From Macrostomum lignano (Eukaryota), in NCBI GenBank assembly GCA_002269645.1, contig NIVC01000297.1, positions 431,178-495,177 on the forward strand: a DNA stretch of 64,000 nucleotides, read 5' to 3'. How positions within the stretch are numbered: the stretch's first letter is position 1; the number at the start of each line of letters is the position of its first letter. The notes below the pieces were generated by a model. That model was not told where the DNA came from. It did no database searches and saw only the letters and a program-made list of their open reading frames with translations. A program made the translations under genes and the position numbers. Positions 1 through 11,939 of this stretch are shown here, piece after piece.

Positions 1-386
1 CTTAAATGCTCTAGCTAATTAGTTTTGCTCTAGCCAATTGAAATTTAAATAATTAGGATCAGATTGAGAAGTAAAGTTGGATATTTTAACATTTATAGTT
101 CCAAAACTTTGCAAAAAATGGCCATAGGCAAAATAAAGTTCCACGCTTGTATTTATTCATCGAAAAAACTACCCAACTTTTTTCGTTTGATGACGAAAAA
201 ATCAAAATGGCAGAGAGACGAGGATCGCTTCTTTGCTTTTTATCTGCCACTCTCTTCTCCCTCTGTTCAGTCTCTGCATCTCCTTTATCAACTTCTCGGT
301 CTCCGTGCGTTTTCTATCTGGTTTCCGAAAAAATTTCCACCAGTCACTTTGTAACAAAAAATGACAGCAATACGTTCAAAAGTTGG

Positions 387-970
387 TCAAATATTGCTTT
401 CAGAAGCGCCGCCGCTGCTGCTGCTGCCGGGACAACAGAAGCTGCTGCTGTGACCAAGTTTAAATATATTCGACGACTCGGATTCGTCGCTTAGGATTCC
501 ACAGAATCCATTTCTAGGCAACATGTCGCCAGAGTGCGACAGGCGACCAGTAGAGGACTGCACGGTGACCTCGGACATTCCTCCTGTAGTAGGCGCTGTA
601 GTAGACGATTGGAACTGCTTTAGTTTCTCGCCGATGGCCAACTTCAATGGCACTTGAAATTCTTTATCAAGCAGCTGTCTCTTATCGCCGCGACTGGTCT
701 CGAGGCTCATCGACAGGTCCAAGCTCAGATTGAGATCATTGAGATCATTAATAGATGACACAGCAACAGATGACATATCTCGATATGACAAATTCAAACA
801 AAGATTAGCAATGTTTTCGCTGTCAGCAGCAGTATCTTTGGTTGATAAACTCTGTTTGGAAGCGGAATCGTTTCTATTAGCAAAGTTGACTTGTTCGCCT
901 GAATCATTGGTCTGATTGAGTAGACACACGATACGCTTCAAGTTGTCTGCCATGTTGCCGCGAGTAAATA
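387..970 (-). CDS. Uncharacterised Ser-rich ORF (188 aa from ATG 953; possibly a terminal exon starting at acceptor 970)
   Basis: Stop-free 188 codons in non-repetitive sequence; in-frame ctaatcag acceptor 17 nt upstream of the ATG; no recognisable domain. Confidence 0.4.
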
Positions 971-1726
971 CTGATTAGCTGTCGATCGGTTTCCACAATT
1001 CGCTCTAATTAGTAGTTGTATATCTTTTGTGTCTCTTACCATTCATTTACCATAGACTATTTTTGACAAAAGCGATTCTACAAGCAACTAATAAGCATTC
1101 CCATGAGATAGCTGCTGCCTTGTGACGAGTCCATGGTCTTGAAGATGGGCGTTGGCGCCATCAAAGATTACTAGCTGCTCAGTGTCCACAAAATATCCAG
1201 TTAACCCCAAAGTTTGACAATTTTTTTGTGCACATTGACCTGCCTCGATGTGCACCATCCTTGAGTCCTAGCTGTCAAGAGACTCAGTTCGAACTCATCA
1301 AGAAAACCCAGGTGTCCACCGTGTCTTTTCTTTATCAATTAATTGGCTACTTAGATGATAATTCACAGCAAAGAATACAAAAACTGAGATACAAGTTAAG
1401 GCAACTGGGGTATATTTTTTAGGCTCTCATTAAGAAAGTATTTCATACTATATATATACATATACATACTGTTGCTGAGATGATAACTGTAGTCATTCAT
1501 GCCTAACACCCATCTGACCTGTCTTAACTAGATGGGTGAAATGGCTGCCAGCCAAGGTAAGTTGCAAAATCAAAAATGCAAAAATGAAAGTTTTGGGGAA
1601 AAAGAAAGGAGAGGAAGAGAAAGGGAAAAGAAAGGAGAGAGAAGAGAGAGAGGGAAAAGAGGAGAGAGAAAGAGAAAGAGAAGAAAAGAGTAAAAGACAA
1701 GAAAAGTCATATACAAAGTGAAAATT

Positions 1727-1862
1727 AAGTTGCAATTAGGGGAAATAAGTTGCAATTGAGAGGAACTAAGTTGCAATTGAGAGGAACTAAGTTGCAATCA
1801 GGAGGAACTAAGTTGCAATTGAGAGGAACTAAGTCACAAATCTGGACAGAACTAAGTTGTAC
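1727..1862. repeat. 21-bp minisatellite (gagaggaactaagttgcaatt), about 6 copies
   Basis: gttgcaat recurs at 1749, 1770 and 1791. Confidence 0.9.
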
Positions 1863-2820
1863 TGGACAGGTGAAATTTTGAGGTTAGGCATGTATGACTG
1901 TAGTCTTCTCTCTTCACAATGCTTTGTGTTTTAGATTAGACTGTCTTTAATAATAGTTAATGCTTGGCCTTGGCTTATCAAGAAAAGGGTTTTACATTGA
2001 TTAAAAAGAATTTTGAAGATATATCACAAAGCAGTTTGCTTGTTTTTCTAATCTAAAGTTTATTTAAAATGACTTATTAGCTTAAAATTATTTAAACACT
2101 CAACTTAGAGAATTCAAGTAGATTTTATATCTTGCTATCAAATCATGACCCAATAGAAAATAATAGAAAATAGAAAATAACTGCAATCTCTATGCCAAAA
2201 TTATATAGTAAAAAAACATAATCACAAACAGCAAAATAATTGTGCAAAGTTCTATCATAGACACTTTCTTACATTATTTGAATTCTATAAATGTCAGATA
2301 TATTATAACCTTGCCATAATATGCATCATGGCACAACTTGTATAATTGTTGTCTAATGAAGTAAATATGACATATGTGCTAGATACTTATATGTCCTAAT
2401 GCTAATATATGGCATAGCTATACTTTTGAATTTTGACTAGAATGCTTATATTTGGTTAAGAAAGCCTAATTTATTTAAAAATAGAGGCCTTACTAGATTT
2501 TGTACTAAAAAAATTGATAAATTGTCTTTCTAATTATATGTTTTTATTTTTCATACTAAAAGTTTAATATATACATTAAAGAATTCTTACATTTTTTAGA
2601 AATAACATTACTATTAAATTTGCAAAAAAATTATGTCTGTTTAAAATAACAAAATAATTTGAATGTTTAATTTTTCTTCTAAATATACCTAAAAATTTAA
2701 TACAATTAGGAGCCAAGATTAGGGAGAGGAGCTCAACTTGTTTTAATATTATTCTCAAACTTGCAAATATTAGAATTGGTTATTTACAAAAGGAGTAAAA
2801 TGTAACTTGGCAGCGTAGGT

Positions 2821-3465
2821 CATACATGTGCAACCTTGGGAATCACCTGGCCATTTCTATTGGCAACACATACATGTAAGTCACTATTGGCTGAGAGCAG
2901 TCACATGACTACTATTCTGTCTACTAGCGACTTATATGTGTGTGTTGCCAATAGAAATAGCCAAGTGAATCCCAAGGTTATGCCCAAGCATGGCATAGGT
3001 GGGGGGGGCAAAGGGGGCTATCTCCAAATGACCACCCTTCTACCCCCTTGAGAGTGACTACCCTCCTATCCCTCTGTGGGGTGACCTACTATTTTTTACA
3101 CTGAGCATGTTATATGCATCTTTGTGAGATTTTAGCAGAATATGCTGTTCTAATTCTAAAAATTAATTGGGAGAGAAGGGTGACCACTCAATCACTGCCC
3201 TCTCCCAATTGGAGATACTGCACCACCATTGCTTTAATTGTGCCACCTTTTGTGCATCTCCCTATATGATTGTGTGCTTATATATTCAAGACAAACATGC
3301 TTGGGCAAAACCTAGGGATTCACCCAGCCATTTTTATTGGCAACAGACACATGTAAGTCACTATTGGATAGAATAGTAGTCACGTGACTGCTCTTAGCCA
3401 ATAGCAACTTACATGTGTGTTGCCAATAGAAATGGCCAAGTGATTCCCAAGGTTGTGCATATATG
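2821..3465. mobile_element. Fold-back/MITE-like element: about 170-bp inverted repeats (2821-2992 and 3296-3465), each itself palindromic
   Basis: The arms are near reverse complements of each other. Each arm has the internal palindrome AACCTTGGGAATCAC...GTGAATCCCAAGGTT. Confidence 0.7.
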
Positions 3466-4502
3466 GATATAAACTAAATAAACTTGTCATTAAAGTAAAA
3501 ATATTACAAAAATAAATATATCAAAGTAAGTATACATAAAACTATAAATGAATGAACTAATATTTTGCCTCTTTTCCCAAAAAACCTATTTTTAAATGCT
3601 GGTTGGTTCAGTTTAAAAAGGACTTAATGTCTTATATTGTTTCTATAAAAAGATTTTATTATTTGTAATTTATTATAAAATATAGAATGCTCTATTCTAA
3701 ATTAGGCAAAACTAGTTTAAAAATTATTTATTTAAATGGTGAAATGGTGAAATGGTATAGGTCTTGGTCCTACACCCCCACTTTAACCCAGCCTCAGTCA
3801 GTTCTAGGCCCCTACTAAGTAGATGTTTAGACCATATTAGAAAATATTTAATAAAGGGAAATATATTGCTAAAATTTTTCATATAAATATAATTACAAAT
3901 TACATAGTTATCCAGTAAGCTTATGTCTTATGTTTTACTAGCTGCTCTGCTCGCAACTCTTACTTAAAATAGTCGGCAATTTGGGAATCCATGGATAGGC
4001 TTATAACTTTATTACCTATGGTCTAATCTAACCTAGGCATGTATGCAAATATATTCTTCATGATCTTTTGATTTTGAAAGTTAGATGCCTGCATAGTCTG
4101 ATAATTTAGGCCTACATTATATCGTAGGCCTACAACAATTTGCCAGACCTGACCTGGTCCTGGTGACCTGATCTGATCTGCTTTAGCTGAATAGTTAACT
4201 AGTTGCATATGTCGATCAAGCTAGAGAATGAAATGCAAAAAACTTAGTGGTAAAATAATATTTAGAAGTCTATTTTGTTTTGTATTACTGTAATGTATTT
4301 ATAACATAGTTTAATTTATTTTGCATCTTTATTCTATTACAATTTGTTTAAATCCTTAGGCCCAGCTGTTATTCTAAAGTCGGGTCCTTTGATCAATCGA
4401 TCCTTAGTAATTCTTCTCTCCTGCAGGTCACGCTGATCATCATCCTCTAATAAGATTAAATTAAATGGCTTTATCTAGGATGTATCATACGGAATTAAGT
4501 AA

Positions 4503-4768
4503 ATATACCTTACGATAAGGACCACTGCGGTACAGCAGAACGTAAAACTCAAAGATATCGTAATTTTTTGGCCTATTTCCTGGAAAAAGATAGGAAAGAG
4601 CATTGCCCAAAATTTCTCCTCATGGCAATGACCCATGGCAATGGCCGGCCATTGCCTAGAATTCCAATTCCAATGCAACCAATTAATTCAAGCCAGTTTT
4701 TATCCAGCATCTTGCAAAGCATATTTTGCATCAGTCAATTCAAAACGTTTATTTTAAGATGTAAATAA
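4503..4768 (+). pseudogene. Possible caspase p20-like relic
   Basis: QQNVKLKDIVI(fs)LAYFLEKDRKEHCPKFLLMAMTHG...KTFILRCK; His-to-Cys spacing is 42 residues; needs +1 nt in the T6 run at 4564-4569; flanked by stops. Confidence 0.25.
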
Positions 4769-4983
4769 TTAAACTGGCACAAGAATTGCAAAATCGACAG
4801 CACAAAAAGCACAGCTGGTGTCAGTATATCATGTAAATTTTTGTCGGTGATGAACATCATACTGGTCGAGCAAAGTACTAAAAGTCATTAAATAAAAAAT
4901 ATTAAACTAGACTGTCGTTCTTATTCTTTCAGTAATTCTACGAGTACAATTTGCTGATTCCTGTAGAAGTAAAGATTGCATGC

Positions 4984-5314
4984 CTAATTAAAGGAACATC
5001 CGTGAAAGGTGCAATTGTTGAAGGCAAACTTCGTACCAACAGAATAGGCAGCTTCAGTGCTAACACTAACCTCCGTCGATACTGCAGTCTCACCGACAAT
5101 CTCAACAGCATCAGCATGTTCGGGTGGCCCAGCTTCTTGCTCTAGATCATGACGATTCAACGCCACCTGAACAGACTCACTCGTCTTTTGAAGCGACCGG
5201 TCGCGACGCTTGGCTAGGTACCTCCTAGTCGTTCGCTCGCTCAGCTGTCCAGTAATGCTCATTATATCGCTCATGCTGTGCCCTGCCGCCTCGAGATCGC
5301 ATATTCGCGTGACC
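4984..5314 (-). CDS. Crypton-type tyrosine recombinase, exon 2 (C-terminal catalytic part)
   Basis: Acceptor aaacag|G, phase 2; (R)VTRICDLEAAGHSMSDIMSITGQLSERTTRRY; ends FNNCTFHGCSFN*. Confidence 0.85.
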
Positions 5315-5418
5315 CTGTTTTAGAGTGCAAATTTATATAGTTGGATTCATGAGTAACTGGTAACATAACATGTATCATAACATAATTAAAGTTACTATTA
5401 TTAATTTATCAGTCTTAC

Positions 5419-6473
5419 CGAATGCAATGATTCGTGTAGGTCTTCGCAAGTCCCGCCTTCGTACTCAAGTTTCTCATGAAGCCACTCAGATAATTCTCTC
5501 CACGGTTCTGCTTCGAGGAGAAAACAGGGCCTCCATCGTTGCGGCTGGCCAAAGGACGAGGAAACAGATTGTTGTCCTTCGTTGTAACTGGAAGCAGCTT
5601 GAGGTATTTCTCCACCTTTTCCACGTCGTAAATTCTGGCCTGCTTGTTGTCCGGCTGCTTCTTGGCCTTCTCTGGATCTGCTGACTTATTTTTCGAGGGC
5701 AACGGAGGCAGACAGTAGTACGGCTTTCCATCAGAGTCGACGTGCAATTGAAGTGAGCTTCTATCCTTCAAGAACTTGAGGTGCTCCTGGCCTCGCTCGC
5801 CAAAGCTGTATATGATGTAGAATAAGAATTTGTCCTGCTCAACTTCAGCTGTGCTGCCTTGGAAGTAGATCATCAGCTTCCTCATGTCCCCCTCCTCGAT
5901 TGGCTCAAACTGCTGCGTCCTCCCACCACTCTGGTGAAAGTCTCGAACCTTCACACGCAGCATGCTATTTGCAGAAGAAAAGTCTTCTCCATTGATGATG
6001 TCAACGGTTAGCTTCTCGATCATCCGCAAATAGCGCTGCAGTCCAGCCCTGATGCACACCAGCGATGCGGGCGAGTAGGGTTCACCGTCAATCTTCTTCA
6101 GTTTAAAGTAGAAGTAGCGAATGTATTGGTTGAGCACCGAATTCGGAATGGTTTGTAAATTGCGCTGAAGATTTTCCTCTGTGAGGAATGTCTTGAACCG
6201 CTGTCCATGGCTGATCATGTGCTTCCTGCTGTCTGCTGGTAGGCTGTCAATCTCGGCGATGTCCATGGCGCTGATATCTACGCCGCCTTCCTGCAGGAGC
6301 GGCAGATGCTCATCGGGCTCGGGCTCCTTTTGAATGAATTCGAGAAATCTAGCGAACTCGTCGTCCCTTCTGTCATTGTAAGAAGCCTCCGAAACAAAAT
6401 TCAATTCGTCCTTAGTCACGTTGCCCAGCTCACTGCAGGGCAAATGCTTCCAATTAATGAGCGGTGCCTCCAT
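5419..6473 (-). CDS. Crypton-type tyrosine recombinase (DUF3504/KCTD1-QRICH1-like), exon 1
   Basis: GEPYSPASLVCIRAGLQRYL, FGERGQEHL, SKNK, RGENYLSGFMRNLS and YTNHCIR motifs; donor CG|gtaag at 5418. First ATG is 6473; the frame is open to 6521. Confidence 0.88.
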
Positions 6474-6729
6474 CTCTGCAGCCGTCCGCTTTTCTCTATC
6501 TGAGATTTGATCTCTAGACACGCAAATATTTATATTTGTAATTAATTTAGGGGTGGGTGCAGAGTAAGGGGTGGGTGACTTCAGGTGCGCGACTTAAAGG
6601 TGAGACATAGGCGAGGTGGAGGTAACCTTATCTCAAACCCCCTTAGAAGCATCGACTGATAAGAATTCACGATAGTGTACATAAAGTGCGTAGATTACGT
6701 AAGAGTTTTGAAATTTTAAGCAATGATGC

Positions 6730-6831
6730 TCATCGGAAGTCAGAGTTTAAGGCAATGGCATAATTGACACTCGCGGCTACCGCCGCTCGTGTCAAAGGCC
6801 ATTCATTGCCTTAAACTCTGACTTCCGATGA
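6730..6831. repeat. Perfect 28-bp inverted repeat enclosing nested stems (about 100-bp hairpin)
   Basis: TCATCGGAAGTCAGAGTTTAAGGCAATG (6730-6757) / CATTGCCTTAAACTCTGACTTCCGATGA (6804-6831); inner TTGACAC/GTGTCAA and GCGGC/GCCGC stems. Confidence 0.95.
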
Positions 6832-9194
6832 ACCCTCCATTGCATTACGAAATAAATGATTGCATTTGATATGGGGCAGTAAAGACTACCATTCCTTTAA
6901 TTTAGCATTACATAGAATGCTACATTTACTCTGTTACTTGCTATTCATGTTATAGCTGGTGAACAGGTTGCATTTTCATTTATTTTTATTTAATGAGTCA
7001 TATATAGCCATAAGTTATAAATATTCACAAGGACACAAGTGGCATTAGTTTTAATTTTTGCTTTGTTCCTTCTTTAATTACGTGTCTGTATTTTTAATAA
7101 TTGCATGCAGTGCAGCTACTCTGATCTTTTGCTATATTGTTAATATATTTACGAGCAGGTATAATTTCAATGAATATATTACATCTAGTTCCCACAATAC
7201 ATCCATTCATACATACACAAATTTAGTGCATACAGCTTTGAGCTCATGAAATAAGCGTATAGTATGAATACTATAAAAATGAAACTCTACACAGCTAAAA
7301 TACTGTGTAGTATTCTGTGTTGTAAATAAAAAATGATAATCTTCACTGTCGTCCCAGCTTAAATGCAATCATTTATTTTGTGATGAAAACATGATTTTCC
7401 TAACTTTGAAGAATATTGTTTACGAGAAATTGGCCACTAAAAGCAATAGACTATCTTAAAGTTTTTCGTCCTGTTATACCAAAGTGGTCCTTTATTGTGA
7501 TAGTAAAGAACACGAGGCGCTTCAGGTAGTACTCGTAGGTAGTTTAATTGTACGCTCGTATATCCCTATTTGTAGATCAATTGATACCTTTTTATTAACC
7601 TCACATTACACGTGCATGGGTCCTAATGCGAAAAGCAGTTATGTACAGTAACATTCTATATTATGTAAATGTAGATTAGTCTTCCTACAGTGTACGTCCG
7701 CATTAAAATAACAAGTTTTCATTCACTAAAATTACAAATGAAACATCAGAGAAAAATTTTTGTTTAACTAAATATTATAGTAATGAATTTTTGCGTAGCG
7801 GTTATAAGTATATATTTTATTTTTTATTTCGCGTTTAGATTCAAAACAACACTAAATAAGCATAAGAAGTAAACAGAGAAGCATTAAGCAGATTACACAG
7901 TCATCTCGTTCAGCGGTAATTTTTAAATGGTTTTATAAGGGAAATTGATAGCAAGTACGTACGGTTTATACCGGATTATTTAATAAATAGATAAGCATAC
8001 TAAGCCGCACAAAATTTCTTGTTTAAGAGATACAGAAAATAGTAGAGCGTACGTAATATTTTGCGATGGTAATTAACTTAAACAATTGAATACTACTAAA
8101 TCATAATTATTAGACATCGATGCAAAATCGCTTAATAATATAATCAGTTATAAAATTAATTTTCAACAACTGTCTAATAAATGAAACGAAAATAATTATG
8201 ATTTAATGAGAGAATGGTGAAAAAAACAGAAACATTATAATTATTGGGTACCATTATGATGATTTTTACGGACTATGAAATAATCGTAAGTAAATCAGCG
8301 AGCAATGAACAATTATTTAAACTGCTTAATGAACTTTTAACTACAACAACGACAGATGACTCTGCTTACGAGTACCACAGAAACTTCCTATTGCGAACAC
8401 AACAATCCAATTCATAACAAACATAAGGATAAACTCCTAAGCTGCTTTCCGTATCGAATTGTAAAAACGGTAAGGCGAAATTAGCAATAAAAAATTGCAA
8501 AAAATACACACAGTGCCAGCGAAAACAACTAAATGGATCAAGCCGCAGGCAAGCAGATTTATTAATTTCTAAACTAAAGCTCTGAAAAAATACATATTTT
8601 AAAGTGTAGTTATAATAATAAAATTTAAAAGCAGAAAATATGGATAGCTTGTCAAATAAAAGTAATGCCTGACCTTTTTGTTTATATTGTAGTTTTCTCC
8701 AAAATTATCAGAAAAGTTTCGTGTCAATAATTTGATTTTTTCCAAAAACTAACGTAGACAAGCTTTCAATATAAACTGACTATTATATTATTGGAAATAG
8801 CCTATAGCACAATGAAATAAATTAATGAATTTTTCTAATAAAATATTTATCTAAGCGAAATAAATAAATTAAGCGGACACAAAATTGGTTTAGAAAAAAG
8901 CCGAAGCAGCAAACCGAAAAAAGCTTATAAATTCTCTCAAATTGAGAAAAGCTATTGAAAACCGACGTCGAGGTATGGGGCGAAAAACGAGTAAGTTTTA
9001 ATTGTTTGTTTTTTTATTTAAATGATTCAGGCATAAAAAAGAAGGAAGAAGCGAAACAGCGGGTTTCTGTGCGCGCAAAAAATTGCAGAATCATATTAGT
9101 AGCTAATAAGTTTTTATTAATGTCCTCTTCTGCTGCCAAGTCATTCGATTTTTAATTAGTCTGAAAATAAGGTGTTTATGTGTGAGTGGTTGCG

Positions 9195-9555
9195 TTAATT
9201 GGGGCTATGGGGGCAGGTAGGGAGTGAGGTGGGTGTTAATTGGGGCTATGGGAGCAGGTAGGGAGTGAGGTGGGTGTTAATTGGGGCTTTGGGGCAGGTA
9301 GGGAGTGAGGTGGGTGTTAATTAGGGCTATGGGGGCAGGTAAGGAGTGAGGTGGGTGTTAATTAGGGCTATGGGGGCAGATAGGGAGTGAGGTTGGTGCT
9401 AATTAGGGCTATGGGGGCAGATAGGGAGTGAGGTTGGTGCTAATTGGGGCTATGGGGGCAGGTAGAGTGAGGTGGGTGCTAATTGGAACTTGGGAGGGCA
9501 GGTAGGGAGTGAGGTGGGTGCTAATTGGGACTTGGGAGGCAGGTAGAGAGTGAGT
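9195..9555. repeat. 40-bp G-rich minisatellite, about 9 copies
   Basis: gggagtgagg at 9261 and 9301. Confidence 0.9.
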
Positions 9556-10228
9556 TGTGTACATATTAACGCCGAATTGGCGCAGAACAGAAATAAGCCG
9601 AAAGTGTTATAAAATCATCTTACCTTATAAATATTTTTTTCAAGCCGCTATAGCAAACACAGGGCGGGCGGACGAACAGATGAAGACCAGAATTTATTGG
9701 GATCAGTTGGCGGTACCTGAAATGAGTGTGTTTATTTAAGTAAATCAATGCTACATGAAATAAATTGATATTTTTTAACCGCCTAAAAGCATAATTTTCA
9801 AAATCATGCAACTTTGGTTATTTAATAACATTAATTATACTAGCTCTGTAATTTAGTACCTAAATTCAGCAAAGCTGCAAAGCAATAATCACGATAACAT
9901 GTACATTAGTAATTTACCAACTAATTTATGAGAATTAATAACTATCAGCCAGTGTGCAGGCTTTCAACCAATCAGAGACAGATGGGTACCAATAAAATTA
10001 TGACAGACAAATCATGCTAGTAAATAATGTGCGTTTAATTAGGCTGTGCATATCCGTTAGTTTTGCGTGTAGAAAATCGGTGTAGGAGATTGCCAGTGAT
10101 TTGAGAAATCAGTTACGGATTGTTGGGAATCGAGTACAATGCTCTCGCGTATACCTGACTGCATTCTCAGAAGATGTTAAACAGCGACAAAATTTCACAA
10201 TTTGGCATCGCGATTTCTGCTAATTAAT

Positions 10229-10680
10229 TTATTTCTTCTTCTTGTTGCGACGCTTTTTCTTTCCACCCTGCTGCTGCTGCTGCTGTTCATCTTCTTCTGC
10301 CGGCTGAGTTTCGGCTTCATCGTCTTGACCAGCAGCTGACGCCATGGCGGCGGAAGCTTCATCTTCCGGAACACTCGAGACAGTATGAGCGGGCTTTCCC
10401 GGCTCTTCCTGCTCTACTTCCGGTTGCGCTTCCGGCTCTACTTCCGGTTCCGCTTCCGGCTCTACTTCCGGTTGCGCTTCCGGCTCTACTTCCGGTTCCG
10501 CTTCCGGCTCTACTTCCGGTTGCGCTTCCGGCTCTACTTCCGGTTGCACTTCCTGCTCTACTTCCAGTTTTGATTCCGGCTCTACTTCCGGTACAGACTG
10601 CGGCGTCGCTTCAACTAGCGGCTGCTGTAGCTGAATCGCCTCGACCGGAACTGCTTGTGTCGCATAAATCGAAGTATGGA
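10229..10680 (-). CDS. ank: Ankyrin terminal exon with PEVE/PEAQ repeats and basic end KKKRRNKKKK*
   Basis: Several phase-1 acceptors lie between 10680 and about 10650; 24-bp coding repeat at about 10380-10600. Confidence 0.75.
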
Positions 10681-11188
10681 CTTTGTTGATTCGCACATCG
10701 AATTGGGAGTTTATTGTTTGATTTAAAAAGAGATTAATAGGGAAGCTGGGTAGGGAATTATGATGGGATAATTATCTGAGTACTGCTAACGGTGAGGTGT
10801 AGCAAAATAAACCGTAATATTAACTGGATAAAATATGTAATATCACAATAAATTAATAAAGTAATAAGGGTGACTACATGTGCTAGATACGCGGGAGGCG
10901 GGTGACCAATGCAGCCAATGCAATAATATAACAAATGACAACACAAAAGTGACTAATAAACTAGCGTTAAAATAATCAAACACAAACACGAAAACTATTG
11001 CCAAACTTCAGCTACTAATAGTAGGCTAATTAAACTACGGTGCACGGCATTCCATCGCTAGTGGGTTACGTTGGAAACAAAACCACTTTAGGCGCGAAAA
11101 GTTGTTATTTTTACACTCTACACTATAAGCCTTCACGGCTAATTCCTATTGTTCCTTGGTGGATTTTTAAGACATACACGTTTTGCTT

Positions 11189-11199
11189 GACAGACAGGC

Positions 11200-11246
<47 letters not shown>
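11189..11246. repeat. (CAGA)n microsatellite
   Basis: Direct reading. Confidence 0.95.
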
Positions 11247-11247
<1 letters not shown>

Positions 11248-11289
11248 CCGCGGAGACAGCCGCTCAGCACTCGGGCATCCGGCTGCTAC

Positions 11290-11745
11290 CTTCCACCGCC
11301 TTCAAAGCATCCCGGATGGCGTCGTCAACAATGCGATCGGCGGCAATTCGCAGATCGGCTTCCCGACCGTCTCCCTCGACGTCGCCGTCGTCGTCAACCA
11401 AGCTGACAACCTCGCGCCTTGTCCTGGTGATGACGCGGCGCTTAACAACACTGCCATCGGGCAGCTCCTCCTCAGTCTCCGTCACCTCCTCATCAACTCC
11501 ATCATCGGCGCGTTCGACATCATCTCCCCGACAATCGGCCTGGACAACGGCGCCGGAGATGTCCGGGTCGCAGCCTTCGGCCACGATTCGTTCGGTGACC
11601 TCTTGAACTACGCGACGCTTGACGATCCGACGACGCACAATGCCACCGTCTGGCAGCGGCTCCTCGTAGTCGGAGACTTCGACGAACTCTTGAGCAGGTT
11701 TGGAGCTGATCAGCTCGCGGCGCACCGTCAGGCTGTGCCGATGAT
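11290..11745 (-). CDS. ank: Ankyrin C-terminal exon with two acidic/basic E..LPDG..V.RR boxes
   Basis: cgcag|AT ... G|gtagca; read-through gives the alternative stop at 11264. Confidence 0.85.
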
Positions 11746-11858
11746 CTGCGTTGATTGAAAAAAACGAATCGGTTTGAAAATTTAAACTACTACAAGTAGT
11801 TTTCGCTAGAAAATCAAACTACTTCAACAGGGTCTTCTAGGTTTATGGAGGCTCTTAC

Positions 11859-11939
11859 TCTTTTTGAACTGCGTAGCTTGTACTCCCATGTGGAACCATA
11901 TTGGGGAATAGCGGCCAGTCCCCGACTCCGGTCCAGATT
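11859..11939 (-). CDS. ank: Candidate ankyrin cassette exon (ESGPESGTGRYSPIWFHMGVQATQFKK)
   Basis: attag|AA ... A|gtaaga, phase 1-1; not counted among the 26 core exons. Confidence 0.4.

Larger units (their letters stand above)
4984..6850 (-). mobile_element. Crypton-like DNA transposon (termini not resolved)
   Basis: Tyrosine recombinase gene with no RT or other transposase, plus an adjacent long hairpin. Confidence 0.7.

Noticed and set aside
147-915. Plus-strand ORFs, including a signal-peptide-like MAERRGSLL...
   Set aside because: Short and interrupted by stops; better explained as shadows of the minus-strand ORF, though not excluded.
7000-9190. AT-rich region downstream of ankyrin
   Set aside because: No long ORF, TIR or repeat that I can support.
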